DNA from: an uncultured bacterium
GTDB lineage: Bacteria; Bipolaricaulota; Bipolaricaulia; UBA7950; UBA9294
DNA: 64,000 nt
Reading direction: 5' to 3'
NCBI GenBank assembly: GCA_903857865.1
Contig: CAIOGO010000006.1
Location: forward strand, 66,511-130,510
Shown here: piece by piece, positions 19,109-27,816 of the stretch
Layout of the letters: every line of letters starts with the position of its first letter
Numbering within the stretch: position 1 is the stretch's first letter
Program-made: the position numbers and the translations under genes
The notes under the pieces: generated by a model
Told to the model about the DNA's origin: nothing
Databases searched by the model: none
What the model saw: the letters and a program-made list of their open reading frames with translations, nothing else

Positions 19109-19920
19109 TCTTGAGCGCTCCGCGTTCTTCCGTGCCTGCGGCCAACGGCGCAGGTCACCGCATGCCTCCCGCGCGGCCGCGCCCCGTCTCCTCATGCCGA
19201 CTTCCGGGTGAGGACAATGGGCGGCGGCGTGAAGAACGTGATGGACTGCTGCCCGACGTACCCGGGCAGTAGCGGCGTCCACGTGGTGCGGCACGTCTTC
19301 TCCGTGAACTTGATCTCCACCTCGACCACGCCATCCCTGTTCGTGGTGTAGTCACGCGATGTTCTTCGACGAACGCGATCACGACGCCTGGTACGGCCCC
19401 TTCTACCTGGGTGGGCCGCTGCAGACGCCTGCCAGTAGTCGAATACTGCCCCGCGGTTGGACCCATGCGCTCGAGCGAGGCGGCTCACGTCTCCATCGGA
19501 ACTGAACCGCCCCGGCTTCTCCAGAGGCTCCACTGCCTGAGTCCGGTGGCTATCTGATCCAAGATGCCAACCGATGCGACTTTCATGTGAATCTTCGGAA
19601 GCTCGAGAGTTGTCCAATAGGGCGTACCAGGTGCCAGAAGTGAGCCCTTCGGCGCGAGGTCGAAGGGTTTTCTCCTTCGGCTCGACGTTGCCACCGAGCC
19701 TACGAACCACAGAACGCAAGAGGGGCAAGAGAACTGCAGCGCCGTCGGGCGAGTTGCGAGTGAGAACGTAGGCGGCGCCCGCCCGGAGCCGAGCCCCCGG
19801 AAGTCCCGGTCTCGTCACGTTGGGCTCGCTTCGGGTTGCGGGCGGAGTGGAGACTGTCGCCTCTCCCACGGTGCATGGCATCAGACAAGCCGTTGCGTCG
19901 TTCGTTTCCGGGAGCTGTGC

Positions 19921-19926
19921 TATAAT
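19921..19926 (+). promoter_or_regulatory. Extended -10 box (TGcTATAAT) for the PKD lipoprotein gene
   Basis: TATAAT is rare in this GC-rich DNA and is preceded by TGC. It lies 29 nt upstream of ATG 19955, with a GGGAGGGAAGGAAT Shine-Dalgarno between them. Confidence 0.4.
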
Positions 19927-19954
19927 CGGCGCGGCAGAACGGGAGGGAAGGAAT

Positions 19955-20593
19955 ATGAAGCGGACGTTGCGGTGGCTTGGGGTGTTGGCGCTGATCGGGG
20001 CAGTGGTAGGACTCGCAGGGTGCGCGATCGGGGACTCGCCGCCGCAGGCCGCCTTCACTTGGACTCCTTCGGACCCGATTGCCAGAGCGGACGTTCAGTT
20101 CACGGACGATTCGACCGACCAGGGCGGCTGGTTCAGCGCCGGCGGCATCACGGCGTGGAATTGGGACTTCGGCGATTCGGACACGTCTTCGTCCCAGAAC
20201 CCGAAGCACCAGTATGCCAAGGGCGACACCTACGACGTCCGACTCACGGTGACCGATGCCAGCGGCGGTACGGCGACGAAAGAGAAGACGATCACGGTGA
20301 GCCCGAGCCTCGACGGCACCTGGCGAGGGACATGGGATAGTTGCGCGAACTTCTTCGACCTGACGCTTGAGCTCAATCAGTCCGCGACCGGAGGGATCGG
20401 CGGCATCATGTACATCGCCACCCAGGCGTACCCTCTCAACGGTGCGTCACTTGCCGGAAGCCAGGTGTCGATCAGCCTGCTGAATGGACTCATTCTTCAG
20501 GGAACGCTGAGCGCCGACGAGCGCAGCATGTCCGGCCAGTGGTCATTCCAAGGGAACACGGGCTGCACGTGGTCGGTGAGTCTGCGCGACTAA
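19955..20593 (+). CDS. PKD-domain lipoprotein
   Basis: MKRTLRWLGVLALIGAVVGLAGC lipobox. PKD signature VQFTDDSTDQGG...WNWDFGDSDTSS...YDVRLTVTDASGG. Confidence 0.75.
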   Translation: MKRTLRWLGVLALIGAVVGLAGCAIGDSPPQAAFTWTPSDPIARADVQFTDDSTDQGGWFSAGGITAWNWDFGDSDTSSSQNPKHQYAKGDTYDVRLTVTDASGGTATKEKTITVSPSLDGTWRGTWDSCANFFDLTLELNQSATGGIGGIMYIATQAYPLNGASLAGSQVSISLLNGLILQGTLSADERSMSGQWSFQGNTGCTWSVSLRD

Positions 20594-20622
20594 GGGATCG
20601 CACTTCGGCGATTGCCGAGAAG

Positions 20623-20652
20623 GCATGCGGCGCAGCCAGAGCTGCGCCGCAT
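20623..20652. terminator. Bidirectional terminator between the PKD gene and csp
   Basis: CATGCGGCGCAGC-CAGA-GCTGCGCCGCATG, a perfect 13-bp stem. Confidence 0.55.
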
Positions 20653-20677
20653 GACCGTTTCCTACGTAAGTCCCTGA

Positions 20678-20887
20678 CTACAGGACGGTGACGTCCTGTG
20701 CTTGGGGACCCTTCTCTCCTGACACGACGACAAACTCCACCTTCTTGCCCTCCTCGAGCGAGCGATAGCCCTCGCCGCGGATCGAGCTGAAGTGAACGAA
20801 CACGTCATCGCCGCTTTCGCGCGAGATGAAGCCGAAACCCTTGGTGTCGTTGAACCACTTGACCGTTCCGGTTTCGCGTTCTGCCAC
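20678..20887 (-). CDS. Cold-shock protein (CspA family)
   Basis: 69 aa. [36 protein letters not shown]... carries the RNP1 and RNP2 motifs KGFGFI and VFVHF. Confidence 0.9.
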   Translation of the reverse strand: MAERETGTVKWFNDTKGFGFISRESGDDVFVHFSSIRGEGYRSLEEGKKVEFVVVSGEKGPQAQDVTVL

Positions 20888-21020
20888 GAGTACCCCTCCT
20901 TACGTGCTGGCTGATTCATCGAGGCAGAGCATTCGAGTGTGACCAGATCCCTGTACTCCTGCAAAGCGCTGCACGATGCCAACAAACGCGCAATCTATCC
21001 GCGGCTCGGGAGGTTGTCAA

Positions 21021-21445
21021 GGCGCGGCGCGCTCTCGTCAACAGAGCGCGTAAGCATCCTCTCGTCAAACCCGGATGCGGCGCGCTTTCGTTAGCAGAGC
21101 GCGTTGGCATCCTCGATTCAGGCCCGGGGCGCGGCGCGCTCTTGTCAACAGAGCGCGTTAGCACCCTCTCCTTGGGCCCGGGGCGCGGCGCGCTTTCGTT
21201 AACAGAGCGCGTTAGCACCCTCTTCGTGGAACCGGGCGCGGCGCGCTCTTGTCAACAGAGCGCGTTAGCACCCTCTCCTTGGGCCCGGGGCGCGGCGCGC
21301 TTTCGTTAACAGAGCGCGTAAGCATCCTCTCGCCAAACCCGGATGCGGCGCGCTCTCCTTAGAACCGCGCGTAAGCATCCTCTCGTCAAACCCGGATGCA
21401 GTCCGTTCTCTCGTTAGACCCGAACGGGCCGCGCTCTCCTGAGAG
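21021..21445. repeat. Tandem array of about 7.5 units of 51-56 bp, each containing the palindrome CGCGCTCT-(C/T)GT(C/T)AAC-AGAGCGCG
   Basis: Units start at 21021, 21076, 21127, 21181, 21234, 21288, 21344 and 21397. Units 3 and 5 are identical and others differ by a few substitutions. The array lies between the GRE-activase 3' end and the csp upstream region. Confidence 0.85.
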
Positions 21446-21457
21446 CCACCCGCGGTG

Positions 21458-22429
21458 CTAGAAGGGCGTCTCCGCGCCCACGTAGCACTGAAGCCCGGCA
21501 TCGGAGAAGAGCCGCCGATGGCCCGCCATCTGGTCGCCGGTCGGAGGCTGGGCCTGCGCATGCGCGTACTCCAACCCAAGCTGCGCGTACTTTGACTCAG
21601 CCATTCGGTGGAAGGGTAGAAGGTTCACCTCGATGAGCTGGAGCTCGGCCAGGAATCGAGCTGTGGCACGAAGGTTCTCCGGTGAATCGTTGAACCCCGG
21701 AACGATCGGGATCCGAACGACCACGCGTGTCTCACGCGACGACTGCGCCAAGTTCACAAGGTTGGCAAGGATCTGCTCGTTCCCGACGCCGGTGCCGCAG
21801 TGATGAGCCGCACCGTCCATGTGCTTCAAGTCGACGAACAGCCAGTCTGTGCGACGCGCGACGTCCAATACGAGCTGCTGGTCGGCGTGTGCAGAGGTCT
21901 CGACGACCGTGTGGATGTACGCCTCACGACAGGCGTCGAGTGCCGCCAGCAGGAACTCCGGTTGACTCGTCGGCTCGCCCCCGCTGAAGGTGACGCCGCC
22001 CTCCGGCCCCCAGTAGTCGCGATCCCGTCCCAGGGTTCGCATCAACTCGCGCACGGACATCCGGCGCCCCGACACCTCCAGCGCGCTGTTCAAACAAGCA
22101 GAGACGCAGCTTTGCGCATCGCACGTCGCGCAGAGCGTTCGATCGAAGATGGGGGGAAGCGGTGCGGCGGGGTCGACTCGGATCGCACCATACGGACAGG
22201 CAGCGACGCACGGAGTGCCGTCGGACCGGCAGCGGGACGCTCGGACCATCAGCCGTGGTCTCGGGAGGAGCCCCTCCGGATTGGCACACCATGAGCAACG
22301 CAACGGGCACCCGCTCATGAAGACTGTGGTCCGGCACCCCGGACCGTCGTGCACCGAGTGTGCCTGGATGTCGAAGATCAATCCCTCCACGGGCGCGCTC
22401 AGCCGTTCCTCCATTCGAACCACTCGCAC
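21458..22429 (-). CDS. Glycyl-radical-enzyme activating enzyme (radical SAM, with an extra ferredoxin-like Cys cluster domain)
   Basis: Radical-SAM motif CPLRCSWC. GHDGPGCRTTVF N-terminus. Additional clusters CRSDGTPCVAACPYG and CATCDAQSCVSAC. This architecture is typical of activases for non-PFL glycyl-radical enzymes. Confidence 0.85.
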   Translation of the reverse strand: MRVVRMEERLSAPVEGLIFDIQAHSVHDGPGCRTTVFMSGCPLRCSWCANPEGLLPRPRLMVRASRCRSDGTPCVAACPYGAIRVDPAAPLPPIFDRTLCATCDAQSCVSACLNSALEVSGRRMSVRELMRTLGRDRDYWGPEGGVTFSGGEPTSQPEFLLAALDACREAYIHTVVETSAHADQQLVLDVARRTDWLFVDLKHMDGAAHHCGTGVGNEQILANLVNLAQSSRETRVVVRIPIVPGFNDSPENLRATARFLAELQLIEVNLLPFHRMAESKYAQLGLEYAHAQAQPPTGDQMAGHRRLFSDAGLQCYVGAETPF

Positions 22430-22668
22430 GTCACGGCAACGAGGTCCGGGTACGTCATCGGCCGGTCCGGCGTGGCCGAGCAGGCGCCCGTGTACTCTTC
22501 TTCACTCGGCGAGTACAGCCTGCACTCGGCGCACCGCGGCAGGCGGTCGAACGAGGGGCAGGCGTCGTCGTCTGCGCGGACGGTCCCTTTCGTCACGTGG
22601 CAGATTCCCTTGACCACATCGATGGGGGCGTAGTTCCGGCAGTACATGTGCCTAGACGAGGCGCTCAC
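22399..22668 (-). CDS. Cys-rich small protein, candidate HpdC-like Fe-S small subunit of the glycyl-radical enzyme
   Basis: 89 aa. GTG start at 22668 overlaps the large-subunit stop as GTGA. A GGGGGTG Shine-Dalgarno is present. Potential ligands are spaced H7-x2-C10-x12-C23-x13-C37-x8-C46-x2-C49-x13-C63-x17-C81. It sits between the large subunit and the activase, the same arrangement as hpdB-hpdC-hpdA. Confidence 0.5.
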   Translation of the reverse strand: MSASSRHMYCRNYAPIDVVKGICHVTKGTVRADDDACPSFDRLPRCAECRLYSPSEEEYTGACSATPDRPMTYPDLVAVTCEWFEWRNG

Positions 22669-25381
22669 GGTTGCACCCCCTGGTACTCCGTGCGGGCGAT
22701 GATTTCATCCTGAATCGGCTTTCCAATCTCCACCCAGTACTGCGTGAACCCGGCCACGCGAACAAGGAGGTCGCGATACTCCTCCGGGTGCTCCTGAGCG
22801 TGCTTCAGGATCCTCGAGTCCACCACGTTGTACTGGATGTGAAAGCCGCCCTTACGCATGTAGGACCGCGTCAATTCGAGCAGCTTCTTGGTTCCCGCGC
22901 GACCGTGGATTGCACTCGGGTGGATCTTCAGATTCAGCTGGGAGTTCTGGGACTGGGCGTGATCCCAACACGTCGCCGAGGAGAAGAGGGCGTACGGTCC
23001 TTGCCGGTCAGTTCCAGGGTAAGCGGACATGGAGGCATCGGCGAACGTTGTGCCGGCCAGGCGCCCGTCGGGCGCGGCCATCGTGACGGCTCCCATCGGC
23101 GCGTGCGTGGAGACCGAAATCTGGCAAGCATAGTAAGGCCGCGCGTTGAGCGACTCGTACTCCCTGCACTTGGCGCAGAACCAGTCTTCCCACTCCTTGA
23201 GGATGTCGTCGACGTACGGATTGTCGTTTCCGTACTTCGGGGCGGTGAGGCACTCGACGTGCGTCCGGTCGTGCTCGGTGCTCTCCCCGCGCTTCTCCTG
23301 GGACGAGAGCGAGAAGGAACCCACCTCGTCGGCCGTCTTGAAGCCGAAGTTGTCCGCGAGGGCCTTCCGCAGTCCTGCGAGGGAGATGAATCCCCTGTCG
23401 TAGACGAGGGACTTCAGCGCAGCGAGGCTGTTGATCAGGTTGATCGTCCCGCACGTCTCGACGTTGTGGGTCGCGTTGTACCGGTATCCGAGTTCGTTGA
23501 TGAGATGCCCGGACTCGAGGCAGTCCGGCTTGAGGAGCGAGTTGAAGATGGCCATGTTGTTCTTGCGCCAGACATCGTGCTGGATGTTGTTTGCGAGCGC
23601 GAGCACCTCAACGGCCCTTGCGAAGTACGCCTTGACCTGATCGAACACTTCCTCGTACGAGGCGAGCGTCCGGCCGTGCGGGGGGAACACGCGGAGCCCC
23701 GTCCGCTGATCGGTGCCGTCGAAGAGAACGAGCTCCAGGATCTTGGGAAGGGAGAGGAAGTGAACGCCGACGCTCGTTGGTTGTCCCGAACCGCCTGGGA
23801 TCCAGTACGACTGGCCGTTAAGTACAACGGGCATCCAGGAACACGGAGACGTCTCGAGGCAACCGCCGATGGCGATCGCCCGCGCTTCTTCCAGATCCAT
23901 GCCCTCGGGACCGTATTGGTCCATGAGGAATTCGATCCCCGTCCGATTGTTCACGACGGCCGGATAGCCCGTCCCCGTCTTGATGCACTCCATGGCCTTG
24001 AGGAGGAACGACTCCGGCAGCTTGTCGTCGTAGAGGAGAGTCAGGGTGGGCTGTGTCGATGCGCAGGTCATCGCCGCTTTGATGATCAGCTCCTCGAGAC
24101 GATTGTTCGCCGGGCTCCCGTTTCGATCGAGACCACCGATGCTGAGGTTGTTGAACGTGTTCCCCGACAGGACGCCCCCGACGACGCCCATCGAAGCGAA
24201 GCAGTCGAGGCAGGTGTACTTGATGCGGAGGCACTCGAACAGCTCGAGGGCCTTCTGCTCGTCGAGGCGGCCGGCCGCGATGTCCTGCTCGTACCATGGC
24301 CAGAGGATCTGCCCGAGGCGGCCGGGTGACAGTCCGGAGATGACGTCCTCATTCAGCACGGCAACGTGCACTGTCCAACTGAGTTGCAGAGCCTCGCGGA
24401 ACGTCCGCGGTGGATGATGGGCGATCCACTCGAGGCACTCGGCGGTCTCGGCGTACTCAGTGCCTGCGCCGACTCCCTTTCCATCGCCTCGAGTCGGCGC
24501 GCCTCCTGTGCGTAGTTCTGAATCCACGCCTGGATTCCCCGAAGGACGTGACTCACCGCTTCGTAGTTGTAGAGGCGGTTCATGCCGGTGAGCCCGTCGC
24601 CGTCGGGGTGCCCCGCCACCTCGCCCTTCTTCCGCTCCGCCATCGAGATCAGTTCGTCGAACCCGAACTGCAGCGGGTAGTAGTAGTTGACGACCTCGCG
24701 CCCCTGCGGCAGCGTGTAGCCCGAATCGAACATGCACGTGACGGACTTCATCAGGGCTTCTTTGATCTCGTACCCGGGAACCATCTGCTCGTACTTGTGC
24801 CCCACATCGTCAACGGATCGGTCCTCCCAGGCGTGGGCCACTCGGAGCATCGCCGGAACTTCCTCTTTTCGGATCCCGAATTTCCCTGCGATCGACACGA
24901 CGGGACCGAAGCTCTTCGTCACGTTGCCCCCACCCGACCCGAAGGTAGAAACCGCGTCCGCGCTCGCGCTGCCTCGCGCCAGCGCCTCCTGATAGAGCTG
25001 GTTCTCCGCCGCCATATAGTAGCCCTCAGACAGCCACGGCATGGGGAAGGAGCCGCGGTAGTGGTAGGTCTTCCCCATGACGAGGAGTTCGCCGGGGAAG
25101 ATCGTCGGCGTCAGGTGCCGAAACGCGGACTCGAGGGCCAGGGCTCGGCGGACGACGGGGACCTCGTTGTCAAGACGCATGTAGGTCCGGGTGTACCAGT
25201 GCGGGAACTCGTTCGTCGCGGAGGAAAGGGCGTCGTAGTACAGGTCGCGCAAGCGCTGGACGCGGGGGAACGGTTTGCCGACGACTTCGCGCGGCATGGG
25301 CTCCGACGGCGGCTTGCCCATCGCTTGGTACTCCAAGTGGGCGTCTGCCTGAGCAAGGATGTCCGTCAGTTTGCGCGGCAT
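22665..25381 (-). CDS. Glycyl-radical enzyme large subunit (HpdB-like, 1,2-eliminase/decarboxylase clade), with an apparent frameshift near 24465-24475
   Basis: Two overlapping ORFs (24353..25381 and 22665..24737) together span about 905 aa. Motifs: [16 protein letters not shown], a Cys loop GGCLETSPC, and glycyl-radical motif [11 protein letters not shown] near the C-terminus. The frames switch within ...EARRLEAME / [11 protein letters not shown]... at a GGAAAGGGAG run. Confidence 0.8.
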
Positions 25382-25520
25382 GGTTCCTCCTCAGTTCTAC
25401 GGCGCCGTGATGCACGGCATTGCGGTTGCTGTCCGCGTAGCTGCGATCGAAGCCGCGCAGGCGCTTTCGGTTGCAGCATGGCCTAGCGAGAGTCTACCGA
25501 CCAGGTGCGCAGATGGCCAA

Positions 25521-25762
25521 CGCGCGCTCCTTTGTCAGAACCGAGCGCGTAGGCGCGCTCCTTTGTCAGAACCGAGCGCGTAGGCGCGCTCCTTTGTCAG
25601 AACCGAGCGCGTTTCGCTGGACAGGGCGCGTTCTCTCGTCAACAGAGCGCGGGCGCGTTCTCTCGATAGAACCGAACGCGGCGCGCCTACGTAGAAGAGC
25701 GCGTGGTGGACGGGACGCGTTCTCTCCACAGAACCGAACGCGTTCCGCTGGACCGAGCGTCG
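25521..25762. repeat. Second tandem array of the same palindromic repeat family (3 x 31-bp GCGCGCTCCTTTGTCAGAACCGAGCGCGTAG, then about four diverged units)
   Basis: It contains GGCGCGTTCTCTCGTCAACAGAGCGCG, the same core as the 21-kb array, and TAGAACCGAACGCG variants. It lies in the divergent region between the GRE operon and the MATE gene. Confidence 0.8.
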
Positions 25763-25785
25763 CGAGCCGAGGACTATTCGCCGGG

Positions 25786-27150
25786 ATGAGGGAGGGCAAC
25801 GTGGGAGAGTCCGGCAGCAGGCTGACGACCGGGCAGGTGTTCCGCACGTGGTGGCCGCTCGCCGCAAGCTGGGTCCTCATGGCGCTCGAGGGGCCGCTGC
25901 AGACCATCTTCGTCGCCCGCTTGGCCGACCCGAAGATCCACCTCGCCGCGTTCGGCAGCGTCGTCCTTCCCATCGCCATGCTCATCGAGGCGCCGATCGT
26001 CATGCTCTTGTCGGCTTCGACGACGCTCTGCGTCGACCGCGACGCCTATCGCAAGATCCGCCGGTTCATGCACGGGTTGTCCGCCGCTCTGACGGCGCTT
26101 CACGCCATCATCGCGCTCACGCCTCTGTACACGCTTCTCGTCGTCAGCGTCCTCCACGCGCCACCCGAGATCGTCGAGCCCGGCCGCATCGGGTTGATCC
26201 TCACGATCCCATGGACCTGGTCTATCGCTTACCGCCGCTTCAATCAGGGCGTCCTCATCCGCTTCGGACGCTCCCTGACCGTGGGAGTCGGCACGTTCAT
26301 CAGGCTCTGCGCCAACGGCATTGTGCTCACCCTTGGGTTCACCCTGCTCAAGGTCCCCGGCACGACGCTCGCCGCCCTCGCGATCACCGCCGGCGTGGTC
26401 AGCGAGGCCGCGTATGTCGGTCTGTGCGTCCGCCCGGTCGTACGCGACCGACTCCCGCAGGTGTCCGAGGCGCAACCTCTGAGCTACCACGCCTTCCTCC
26501 GCTTCTACGTGCCGCTCTCACTGACATCGCTTGTCCTGATGGGTATACGGCCTGTGCTGAGCGCTGCCGTTGGCCGCATGCCGAATGCCCTCGACTCGCT
26601 TGCAGTGCTTCCCGTGATCAACGGGCTCGTCTTCCTCTTCCGCAGCGTCGGGGCGGCGTACAACGAGGTCGTCATCGCCCACCTCGATCGCCCTGGATCG
26701 TCGATCGCCCTGGCGCGGTTCGCCCGTTGGCTCGCCGTCGCCACGACGCTTGGCCTCGTCACGATCACCGTGACGCCGCTGTCGGGAGTGTGGTTCGGCT
26801 CCATCTCCGGACTCGACGGCTCGCTGATGGACTTGGCGCGATCCAGCCTATGGCTCACGCTCCTCCTCCCCGGCCTCGCGGCAGCCCAGAGCTTCCTGCA
26901 GGGGATCATCCTGCACAGCAGGCGCACGCGAAGCATCACGGAAGCGGTCTTTGTCTACCTCGTGGCGAGCGTGGTCGTGCTGTGGGTCGGCGTGGCGTGG
27001 GGAGGGACGAGCGGCGCGTTCGTCGCTCTTGCCTCGCTGGCCGTCGGAGAGATCTTTCGCACGGCGTGGTTCGTCTGGCGGAGCCGCGAGCCGCGGCGCG
27101 TCCTGCGCGAGCGGGACCGCGGCGAACAGTCGGCTACCGCGGAGGCGTAG
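25786..27150 (+). CDS. MATE-family efflux transporter
   Basis: About 455 aa with roughly 12 predicted hydrophobic segments. N-terminal VFRTWWPLAASWVLMALEGPLQTIFVARL resembles NorM/MATE. ATG at 25786 is the first start after the repeat array. Confidence 0.7.
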   Translation: MREGNVGESGSRLTTGQVFRTWWPLAASWVLMALEGPLQTIFVARLADPKIHLAAFGSVVLPIAMLIEAPIVMLLSASTTLCVDRDAYRKIRRFMHGLSAALTALHAIIALTPLYTLLVVSVLHAPPEIVEPGRIGLILTIPWTWSIAYRRFNQGVLIRFGRSLTVGVGTFIRLCANGIVLTLGFTLLKVPGTTLAALAITAGVVSEAAYVGLCVRPVVRDRLPQVSEAQPLSYHAFLRFYVPLSLTSLVLMGIRPVLSAAVGRMPNALDSLAVLPVINGLVFLFRSVGAAYNEVVIAHLDRPGSSIALARFARWLAVATTLGLVTITVTPLSGVWFGSISGLDGSLMDLARSSLWLTLLLPGLAAAQSFLQGIILHSRRTRSITEAVFVYLVASVVVLWVGVAWGGTSGAFVALASLAVGEIFRTAWFVWRSREPRRVLRERDRGEQSATAEA

Positions 27151-27727
27151 CGCGCTGTCGCTCCTCGATCGCGCTCCACACACGCTCCGCGACCTCTTCG
27201 AGCGAGGCGTCCGCGTCGATGCGGACGGAGTCGTCCGCCGGAGCCAGCTCGTCGTTGCGGGCCGCGTGATGCCCACGCCCATCTTGCCGCAGCCGGGCGC
27301 CGCGCACGAGGGATGAGGCATCGAGCCAGAGGACGACGTCAAACAGATCTCGATCCACGTCGGGCACTGACGCCAACAGCGCACCTTCCACAAGAAGGAC
27401 CTGCCGGCCACGCCGCTCCTCTTCCCCAATCGATGCGGCGAGCGCCGCGTTGACAGCCGGGTGAACGATCCGCTCGAGGTCCCGTTTGCTCGCCGGGTCG
27501 CCGAACGCCTTCGCAGCGAGCGCCCCTCGGTCGACGCGCCCGTCGGCGGCGAGGATGTCGGAGCCGAACCGTGCCAAGAGGGCATGGAATGCCGGTCCGG
27601 CCGGCTCGTACGTCGACCAGGCGACGCGGTCGAGATCGATCCAGGCGACGCCGGCCCGACGGGTCAGTTTCCGCGCCACCGCACTCTTTCCGCTGCCGGC
27701 GGGTCCGGCGAGACCGACGACGATCAT
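27134..27727 (-). CDS. coaE: Dephospho-CoA kinase
   Basis: MIVVGLAGPAGSGKSAVARKL carries a P-loop. The conserved ...IDLDRVAW...GRVDRGALAAKAFGDP...IVHPAV pattern is present. Confidence 0.85.
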   Translation of the reverse strand: MIVVGLAGPAGSGKSAVARKLTRRAGVAWIDLDRVAWSTYEPAGPAFHALLARFGSDILAADGRVDRGALAAKAFGDPASKRDLERIVHPAVNAALAASIGEEERRGRQVLLVEGALLASVPDVDRDLFDVVLWLDASSLVRGARLRQDGRGHHAARNDELAPADDSVRIDADASLEEVAERVWSAIEERQRATPPR

Positions 27728-27816
27728 GACGTGGTGACGGTAGCGTCCGGCGCGTCAGCGGGCAAGATTGCTCGCCCCCGTGGAGTCCCCTACACTCGGG
27801 CCGGGAGGAGAGAGAC

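Noticed and set aside
20950-21460. CRISPR array hypothesis for the tandem repeats (also for 25521-25762 and 49461-49770)
   Set aside because: There are no alternating unique spacers, the units themselves vary, and unit lengths (31, 54 and 65 bp) and internal palindromes are not CRISPR-like. No cas genes are in the window.
22671-25486. Plus-strand ORFs of 552 and 358 aa
   Set aside because: They are antisense to the glycyl-radical enzyme large subunit, whose minus-strand frames carry PRTFREALQ, the Cys loop and the RVAGF glycyl motif.
25848-27269. 473-aa plus-strand ORF in an alternative frame of the MATE gene
   Set aside because: It is Arg/Pro-rich (…RRPRRVRQRRPSHRHAHRG…), whereas the 25786 frame gives 12 hydrophobic helices.
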